From Cyanobacteria bacterium P01_F01_bin.150 (lineage in GTDB: Bacteria > Cyanobacteriota > Cyanobacteriia > CAKZMO01): a DNA stretch of 64,000 bases. Shown piece by piece: positions 41,295-49,500 of the stretch (its first letter is position 1; every line of letters starts with the position of its first letter). The notes below the pieces were generated by a model, which saw only the letters and a list, made by a program, of their open reading frames with translations, ran no database searches and was not told the DNA's origin. The stretch covers positions 9,923 through 73,922 of the forward strand of contig JBCCYL010000027.1 in assembly GCA_039189765.1 (NCBI GenBank), read 5' to 3'. Both the position numbers and the translations under genes were made by a program.

Positions 41295-43550
41295 ATGGAA
41301 GAGTTGTTAAGCCGCTGCAAAAGATTGAACTTTACGCCTCTTTCCCCGTCTGATTCTGCCTCATCATCAAGTTTTGACTCTGCTATTAGTGCGCCATTTG
41401 TACTGAACTCTATGAATAGAGACCGCTTTAAATCATTGGCAGCGATCGCCACGACGCCACAGGGTGCGCGATTACTAATCCCATTATGTCAAGCGGTTAA
41501 TCAGGCACACAATAGCAATCAGGATAGAGCGTCTGAACATCAAGCTAGGGAAAAAATGGTGGTGTGGGTGCCTTTATCCGTTGCATCAACACTGTCTGAA
41601 TCCGAGGTGATGAAATGTTACGACAGCTCCTTAAAGGATCACTTAGCAAAGCTATGGCCTGAAAAGCAAGGTTTTATTTTTTGTTTGGCCATGGGAGCTG
41701 TCGTGCGACTAATTGCGCCACTGCTTCAAGATAAACAGTACGATCCAGCAGTGGTAGTAGTAGATGAAAACGGTCAATATGCCATTAGTGCTTGCAGTGG
41801 CCATCAGGGACAAGCCGATAATCTGGCTCGATGGGTGGCCACTCAGCTCGATGCAGAACCTGTACTAACGGGGGCGGCAAATGGCGATCGCCGTGTTGGG
41901 ATTGATGTTTTGGGACAGCCGTTTGGCTGGCGGAAAGGACCAGGAGACTGGACTGGGCTGAGTGCTGCGATCGCCCGCCAGGAAAGGGTGCACGTTATCC
42001 AAGACGCTGGTTCTCAACTGTGGCAGCAGCACCTTCCTAAAGAACATTCTTACGAAATTCATAACCGTTCAGTGTCTAACCCCCAGCCTGCATCTGACTT
42101 GTCTGCCTCTCCCATTGTGTGGATTAGTCCGGTTAAGGTAGAAGGCGATACAAGGCAGAAGGCAGAAGACGATACAAGGCAGAAGGCAGAAGGCAGAAGG
42201 CAGAAGGCAGAAGAACCCACCCCTAGCCCCTCCCAAGAGGGGGACCGAACCATCCCAACTCCCCAACCCTCTAAAATCCAAAATCTAAAATCCAAAATCC
42301 TCCAAGTCCAGTGGTATCCGCGTGTGCTTTGGCTGGGGGTTGGTTGTGAGCGACACACGCCACGATCGGTCATTGAGACGGCGATTCAGAAAACGCTGGC
42401 TCAATATCATTTAGCGGAAGAGGCGATCGCTGGGGTGGCCACCATTGATTTAAAGGCTGATGAACCGGGGCTGGTGGAGTTGTGTGGCGATCGCCAATGG
42501 CCACTGCATTGTTTTACAGCCGCCCAGCTCAAAGATGTTGACGTGCCCAATCCGTCACTGGTTGTCAACCAAGTTGTTGGCACGCCCAGCGTTGCAGAAG
42601 CAGCCGCTATTTTGGCAGGGTCTGGAGTATCCACTGCTCACTTCAAGGATTTAGGCTCGAATCTAACTGATGCATCTGATCGTTCTGCATCTCCAACTCT
42701 GATTGCAACGAAGCAAGTTCATCGCTTGTCGGACCAACCAGGCGCTGTCACTCTGGCGATCGCCCAATCCCCAGTCGAATATCTTGGGCGTACTGGTTCA
42801 TTAGCTTTAGTGGGTATGGGGCCTGGACAGCTCGACCAAATGACGCCTGCGGCGAAGGGGGCGGTTATCAATGCAGATGCTGTCATTGGCTATGGGTTGT
42901 ATCTAGATTTGGTTCGGCCTATTTTAAGGCCGGGCCAAATTGTTGAATCGTTACCGATCACCCAAGAGCGACAGCGGGCTGAAAGGGCAGTCGCATTGGC
43001 ATCTTGGGGCCTTTCGGTGGCAGTGGTTTCTTCTGGCGATTGCGGGATTTATGGGATGGCTGGATTGGTAATGGAACAATTGCAGCGGAATGGTTGGAAC
43101 GGTCATACCCCTGGGGTACGGGTCTTTCCAGGAGTGACTGCGCTTCAGGCAGCGGCAGCTCGGGTTGGGGCTCCATTGATGCACGATTTTTGTGCCATTA
43201 GCTTGAGTGATTTACTGACACCCTGGGAGGTCATTGAGCGACGGTTAGAAGCTGCTGCTAGAGACGATTTTGTCACGGCCCTTTACAACCCCAAGTCAAA
43301 AACTCGCGTGAAGCAAATGGCGCTCGCCCACAAAATTTTTCTCAAATACCGCTCTCCTGAGACGCCTGTAGCGCTAGTCCGCTCAGCTTATCGCATGGAT
43401 GAACAGATTGCTCTCACCACCGTGGGCAAACTTCTGGATAATCCCATCGATATGATGACGCTGGTCTTGATTGGAAATAAGAGTACGCAAAGATTAGAGG
43501 AATGGCTGATTACACCGAGAGGCTATTTTCCCCAGCACGCTGAGCATTAG
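41295..43550 (+). CDS. cobJ: CbiG-CobJ(CbiH) fusion, precorrin-3B C17-methyltransferase
   Basis: CbiG motifs (GAVVRLIAP..DK..DPAVVV, GVGCER, SVAEAAA) followed by VGMGPG, VSSGDCGIYGMAG, HDFCAISLSDLLTPW, TPRGY; alternative start 41412. Confidence 0.92.
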   Translation: MEELLSRCKRLNFTPLSPSDSASSSSFDSAISAPFVLNSMNRDRFKSLAAIATTPQGARLLIPLCQAVNQAHNSNQDRASEHQAREKMVVWVPLSVASTLSESEVMKCYDSSLKDHLAKLWPEKQGFIFCLAMGAVVRLIAPLLQDKQYDPAVVVVDENGQYAISACSGHQGQADNLARWVATQLDAEPVLTGAANGDRRVGIDVLGQPFGWRKGPGDWTGLSAAIARQERVHVIQDAGSQLWQQHLPKEHSYEIHNRSVSNPQPASDLSASPIVWISPVKVEGDTRQKAEDDTRQKAEGRRQKAEEPTPSPSQEGDRTIPTPQPSKIQNLKSKILQVQWYPRVLWLGVGCERHTPRSVIETAIQKTLAQYHLAEEAIAGVATIDLKADEPGLVELCGDRQWPLHCFTAAQLKDVDVPNPSLVVNQVVGTPSVAEAAAILAGSGVSTAHFKDLGSNLTDASDRSASPTLIATKQVHRLSDQPGAVTLAIAQSPVEYLGRTGSLALVGMGPGQLDQMTPAAKGAVINADAVIGYGLYLDLVRPILRPGQIVESLPITQERQRAERAVALASWGLSVAVVSSGDCGIYGMAGLVMEQLQRNGWNGHTPGVRVFPGVTALQAAAARVGAPLMHDFCAISLSDLLTPWEVIERRLEAAARDDFVTALYNPKSKTRVKQMALAHKIFLKYRSPETPVALVRSAYRMDEQIALTTVGKLLDNPIDMMTLVLIGNKSTQRLEEWLITPRGYFPQHAEH
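42137..42300 (+). repeat. Second copy of the composite repeat element, in frame in cobJ
   Basis: (GGCAGAA)n, AACCCACCCCTAGCCCCTCCCAAGAGGGG, (TC(C/T)AAAA)n. Confidence 0.85.
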
Positions 43551-43632
43551 AGAGGGGGACATTGGACATTTGCAGAAAAAACCGTCGAAGATTCACCGCA
43601 AATGGCTGTCAAATACTCTCGCAAGTGACACG

Positions 43633-43659
43633 TTTCCCTCTTGGGAGGGGCTAGGGGTG
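43633..43659 (-). repeat. Solo intergenic copy of the repeat core
   Basis: TTCCCTCTTGGGAGGGGCTAGGGGTG matches 26122-26148. Confidence 0.8.
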
Positions 43660-44564
43660 AGTCTATCAGACACGCTAAACACATACGATGCGCCCCCATT
43701 GCCCACAAAAAACAGTGTTTACGGCCATAGTGTTACGGCCATAAACGAAAAACTCGGAACCTATCACATCCCGAGTCTTAATGATTGCAAACACAAAGCG
43801 CTCAAATGCTTAAAATCGACCCAGCTTGAATATTGATTTGCTGTAAATATGCCATATCATCCAGTAACGAGCTAACCAGCGGGGGAAGCGATCATCCCAA
43901 ATGGTTTCATAGTCCATCATTAAAACAATTGCATCTTGTCCAGTCATATTCATCTCGTCCGATATGCGACTAACGTTTTAACTACCTCAGAGTTCCCATT
44001 AAACAGTGCGTATAATCATGCCAAAGATTTTAGGTTCAGGTTCATTTATTCATATTAAGAGACGTTCATATTAAGAGACGTTCATACTGTCTTCGTTGTT
44101 TCTTAATTATTGGAGGAATTAAAAAAGATGGTCGTGCTGTAAACCCTCATCGGGGTGAAAGGCATATCCAATAAAGCTAAAAGCTTTATTCCAGATTAGA
44201 TGATCAATCTTATTTCTCGATTCAATTTAGTAATCATCCTGGAATTTTATTGCCTTGTCTAGGCTGTGCTCTAACATCTAGAAAAAGCTTCCATTACCAT
44301 TGGCTGTTCGTAAACGTATCTGAATAGTCATCTTGTTGGTGATTGTCTCGGTTAGGTTCTTAAATATTTTTTAGAATGGGTGTACTGAGCGGTAGCATTA
44401 GTATGTTCCTGGGGTCGTGTGCTTGTACTCTAAGGCAAAAAGTTGAAGTGCTCGGAACTTTGACATTTGGTTGAGTTCTCAACGGATTAATTTATAGGCC
44501 AAAACTTCTATCTATTGGACAGAAATACGACTAGAATAGTACTAAGGAACTTAAAAGAGCTGTC

Positions 44565-45179
44565 ATGAGTTTTCGCCAACGTTTACAGGAACTATTGGGA
44601 TTGCATCAGGCTCCTGATTCTTATGATAATGGAGCATATCGGGAGTTACCGTCTTATGAAGAGGCTGATGAACCTTTAGAATATGAAGATGAAATTCCTT
44701 ATCGTCCAGAACGCGAGAGTAATGTAATCGCTATGCCCGGTTTGTCATCGTTTCATTCAGAACTGGTTGTTATGGAGCCTGCATCATTTCAGGAAGTTCC
44801 TGCGGCATTGATTGCATTGCGCGATCGCAAGGTTGTGGTACTTAATTTAAGTCATATGGACGGAGGGGAAGCCCAGCGATCTGTTGATTATGTTGCTGGT
44901 GGAACATTTGCCCTGAATGGGCATCAAGAGCGAATTGGAAAAAATGTTTTTCTTTTCACCCCTCATTCTGTCCAAATTACATCCCAAGCTCGGGAAATGG
45001 CGATGGGCGGCTCTTCTCCGGGATATCCTCCCGCTGCTCCCGCTGGATCTCAAATGTCAGCGTATGGGGGCATGAATCCTATGACCCAGGAACAGGAAAT
45101 GCTCCGGAAGCTAGAACTTCGCGCCGGTCAGACGCCACCGCCACCGCCACCGCCACCCAGGCATCGTCCTAGGTTTTGA
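44565..45179 (+). CDS. sepF: Cell division protein SepF
   Basis: NVIAMPG, VVMEPASF, VVLNL, AQRSVDYVAGGTFALNGHQERIG..VFLFTP; proline-rich tail. Confidence 0.88.
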   Translation: MSFRQRLQELLGLHQAPDSYDNGAYRELPSYEEADEPLEYEDEIPYRPERESNVIAMPGLSSFHSELVVMEPASFQEVPAALIALRDRKVVVLNLSHMDGGEAQRSVDYVAGGTFALNGHQERIGKNVFLFTPHSVQITSQAREMAMGGSSPGYPPAAPAGSQMSAYGGMNPMTQEQEMLRKLELRAGQTPPPPPPPPRHRPRF

Positions 45180-45229
45180 TGAGCAGTTTTCCTGGTATGC
45201 TCGGCACGGCTAAGTGCTGGACACTTTTT

Positions 45230-45268
45230 GTTTGGGAAATCCCCTACGCAGCGAGGGATTTCCCAAAC
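45230..45268. repeat. 14-bp inverted repeat between convergent genes (REP-like, possible terminator)
   Basis: GTTTGGGAAATCCC-11nt-GGGATTTCCCAAAC. Confidence 0.65.
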
Positions 45269-45360
45269 GTTCTTAGCCATTGGCAATAGTAGGTTGTCAA
45301 ATTTAAAACCTGAGGTAACCGTCTGAAGACTTTACCCCAAAATTAAGTCTTGCCATAGCA

Positions 45361-45711
45361 CTAATCTTCGATGACCAATTGGAGGCTGGGCATCAGACGC
45401 TTTAAATTTTTCAGTGATTTACTTTGCCAAGGAATATTAGAGGACCCCTTGACTAACATCTTGCTAACGTTTTGTCTGCGCACATTAATCACAAATTTGG
45501 AGATCATGCTGATCCCTGAGCTATTGAGGAATTCCAGCTCTTTTAAATCCAAGGTGATTAGCTCGGGATGCTCAGCCTGGACTCCATTCAATAATTCCAT
45601 CAGGGGCTGATAAGACTGGACTCCCCCTAGGCGGAGAGACCCCTGAAAACTAAGGGTCTGTGTTTGGGACTCATAGCTGATGTTAAAGTCATCACCTTTG
45701 ATTTCAGTCAT
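45361..45711 (-). CDS. STAS-like protein (slr1659 family, SiaC-like)
   Basis: FQGSLRL, LDLKELEFLNSSGISM, IPWQSKSLKNLKRLMP. Confidence 0.85.
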   Translation of the reverse strand: MTEIKGDDFNISYESQTQTLSFQGSLRLGGVQSYQPLMELLNGVQAEHPELITLDLKELEFLNSSGISMISKFVINVRRQNVSKMLVKGSSNIPWQSKSLKNLKRLMPSLQLVIED

Positions 45712-45841
45712 TGATGTTTGGGAACGTATGGCTGGGGACGTATGGTTGAGAACGTATATTTAGAAATTGCTAATTGACTTACAGTCTCGTTTATTAGCTT
45801 ACCCGATTCAGGTGAATCGATATCTGAATTTATACTTGGCG

Positions 45842-46465
45842 TTATACCTTGAGTTGCACCATCGTGGTGACTGTAATCGCTGCTTGCTCTGGGTTTGATT
45901 GGTCTGATTGGTCCAATGGCGTTGTTTCAAACTTCCACCCGAGTTCAGCAGCATAATCGTTTTTGATGGTCAGAAATCCTAGTCCGGAGTTAGATCCCTC
46001 GTCGCTGGCACTTCTTTCTAGCTGACGTATGTATAATTCATCTGTATCGATTGTCAGAAATTCATTAATAAAGGATTGTAGAGCCTCAACAGATTGCTGA
46101 GTAATACTATTAGTGGTGCTTAAGATGATCGTCACTTCATCCGCACTGCCGTTTTCAGTCACGATGTAAATATTAAATTGGATCGGACTAGAATTAGCGT
46201 GAACGCTAAACTTCATGGCATTTTCCAATAGTTCATTGGCAATGTAGCTGACGGCATCTTTAATTTCTGCGTTGCGAGTTTTAGTGGGGGTATGGTGATC
46301 GGACAGGGGAAAAAATGTCGTGAGATAATCAGCGATAAAATTAGCCGATAAGCCATTATTTCGCCATCGTTTTTGCAGGGGTGCCGAACTTGGGGAAAAT
46401 CCTAGTAGTAAGAATTCACGGGTGTTGGGTAGCGTTTCCCTAAAGTTGCCAAAGATTTGAGCCAT
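45842..46465 (-). CDS. slr1658-family HATPase-like regulator (SiaB/anti-sigma kinase-like)
   Basis: RWRNNGLSANFIADY, ANELLENAMKF, SGLGFLTIKNDY. Confidence 0.85.
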   Translation of the reverse strand: MAQIFGNFRETLPNTREFLLLGFSPSSAPLQKRWRNNGLSANFIADYLTTFFPLSDHHTPTKTRNAEIKDAVSYIANELLENAMKFSVHANSSPIQFNIYIVTENGSADEVTIILSTTNSITQQSVEALQSFINEFLTIDTDELYIRQLERSASDEGSNSGLGFLTIKNDYAAELGWKFETTPLDQSDQSNPEQAAITVTTMVQLKV

Positions 46466-46540
46466 AGCTGGATACGGGGAGGTAATGGTAATAATGATGG
46501 AGTGCTTAAATTAACAATAGTCAGGGGCTTTCTTTCCCCC

Positions 46541-49500
46541 CTACTTCTCTAAAACAGATGTCTTTTGCCGCTTCAAAATAACCAATGTAATATCGTCAAA
46601 AATCGTATGGTTGCCAATATGCTGATGAACGTCTGAAATAACTTCCTGGCGAATCATATTAGACGACTGGTGAGCGTGCTGGCGCACAACGTCACAGAGT
46701 CGCTTGATTCCATAAAACTTATGCTCTTTATTCTCAGCTTCAGTAATTCCGTCCGTATAGAGAACGGCTACATCACCACGTTCTAGGAATACGGTTTGAT
46801 GAGAAATAAAATCACTAATATCCATGTCCAGACCAATGGGAAAGCCTAAATCAATCGTGTCAAAGCGTTCTATTGTGCCGTCACATCGCACAATAATGAG
46901 TTCCTCATGTTGACCACTCAAGCGTAGCTGGCCATTGTCATAATCCAACAGCGATAAGGTGAGATTTTTATCCGTACCCATGCGCTCAATATTTTTATAA
47001 AGGGTGCGGTTGACAATATCCAAAAATTGAATAGGGTCTTTTTCTCCACTTTCCTGGAGTGTTCGCACAGCGGTTTGGACCATAAGCATCAATACGCCAC
47101 TTTCTAACCCGTGTCCAGTGACATCGCCAATGCCAATTTTAATGCCTGCCGATTGAGGAGAATTGTCCTGTAATACATCATAGTAATCCCCCCCTACTTC
47201 ATCTGCCGGAGCCATAAACCCAGCAATATCTAGATCTCCAACTCCCTCCAGCTCCTGCGGGTTCGGTAAGATCATTTGCTGTAGCTGTTGGGTAATTTCT
47301 AGTTCGGCCGTCAGTCGGTTATTTTCTTGCTCTAATCGTTGATTAAGGGCTGTAATTTCTTGATTGGCGTTGGCCAACTGAGCGGTTCGTTCCTCAACTT
47401 TGTCTTCGAGAGTTCGATATAAAAGGGCATTTTCAAGCGAAATAGCGGCTTGAGATGCCAATATCGTCACTATATCAAGGCGATCGCGCGTAAATGTCCC
47501 TGCGATCAGGTTATTTTCCAAATAGACAAGGCCCAGTAATTTGCCCCGATCCAGAATAGGTGCACACAAAATTGATTTAGGTCTGCGTTCAAGAACATAA
47601 GGATCCTGGGTAAACTGACCTGACTGGGCCGCATCTGCCAACACAATGGCCTGTTTCGTTCGCTGTACATACTGCACAACAGAGCCAGGAATACTATCAG
47701 ATATTGATTCACAACCACGGGCTGAGGTATCGGCAGAGCTGTGAGTAGAGCTGTGGGCCGAAGAGTTATGGATAGCACTATTTAGGGATTGAGAGAGCTG
47801 AGTATTGATTCCTTCTACAGTGCCTTTTGCTTCAATACTCAGTCCGTCAGCCGTAACTAAAACTAATAGCCCCTGCTCTGCTCCTGCATTTTCAATTGCA
47901 AACTGCATTAGTTTTGCCAGCAATTTATCTAGCACAATTTCGCTGGAAATGGTCTGGGATGACTTTAAAACCGTCATTAAATCGAGGGTTGAACTGACTT
48001 GGGTTTGAGTCCCACCCCTTGCGGTAATGGTTGAACTATAAAGCTGGCTTGGATTGCTAATTTGGGGTGCACCTGGAGAAAGATGGCTAATATGGCCCTC
48101 CAAACTACTCGCAGGGGGACTTAGCTCTAAAAGATCTGCATAGTTCGTTTCCAGATGGTGAACTTTGGCGATCGCTCCCCACCTTAAATAACACTGGTAA
48201 GCATCCTTGAGAAAGACCCGAGCAATTTTGGGTTTCCCCCAAACGACATAGAATTTTGCAGCTAGCTCACAGGCTAATGCTTCTTCATGGATAAACCCAT
48301 TGGCATTGGCGGATGCGATCGCCCGGTCGTAATAGTCCATTGCCTCGCTGTACCGAGCCTGCACCCGACACCACTCGGCTTCCACCAGCTCATACTTTTG
48401 CTGGTGGTTTTCAGGGGCATGGGTCGCCCACTGACGCATTTTTTGCTGGTTAGCAGCAATCCGTTGGGCGATTACCTCTTGCTCTGTAAGCGAAACTTGG
48501 GGATAAACCGCTAAATGAGCCAGGGAGTCGTAGAGATGAAACGGAACAAAGGCAAATAAGGCAGCCGCCGCAGTCTTATAAGGTTCGGCAGCAGTCGCGT
48601 AGGCGATCGCATCGTCATACTGTTCAAATAAGTAAGCGAGGTGGAGCTGACACAGATGGGCATGGAAAACTCCGGTTTGCTCCTGCTGATGTTGCTTAAA
48701 GTCTGCGAGAATCTGGTCGTTAAACCGACTGCCAGATAGCTGGTAAGGATGGCCTGATGTGCTTTGCACATCATCGCCTTTGCCATCCTGTTGGGATTGA
48801 AGATTATCTTTGCCCAGAAGATTGAGGGTTGCTTGATAAAAAATATTGTTGTGAAACAGCGCCGAGTCTTGTTTAAATTGGCGAATAGTATCTTCAGATA
48901 CTTGCATTTCCTGCTCAAGTAAATTGAGGGGGCGGCCCATACAGAATAGATGTTCACACCGCACTAAAATTGCCCAAGATGCGTATTCCACATCGCCGCT
49001 GTCTCGACCCTCTTGATAAGCCATCATTAGTGGAGCGAGGGTATCTTTAACTGGCTTTTGCCAATGAACAATCATGCAGTTCACCATAAAGGCCGTCTTG
49101 GGCTGTATGTTGGCCCTACTTTTTTCATTATTGGCATTACCCGCATTATCCGCATTCTGATGGTTGGCCTGCTTCTTGCCATGCTCACTGGCGACGTTAT
49201 GGGTGCTACCGTCGTGTTTCAGCAGCTCTAGGGCTAGTTGGCCAAAAGCATACCCTGTGTCCACTTGGGCAAAGGGGCCACAAAGAAGAGTACCGTACCA
49301 TGCATAGACAAAAGGGGCGAGGGGGGTATGTCCCTCTTTAATCAGTAGCTGTACCTGTTTGGACACGATGGACGGCAGGTACCGAGGAACACCTACATAG
49401 GCGGCAGAGTTGGCGCTAGAGAGAATTTGCAAGGCGGCTCGGGATTGGGGAGATTCCATGGCTGGCAGATGGATCAGCTCCGCAGGGGTGCGATCGCCCA

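Noticed and set aside
43570..43836. 88-aa ORF after cobJ
   Set aside because: TTG start, contains the dispersed repeat core, no recognisable domain.
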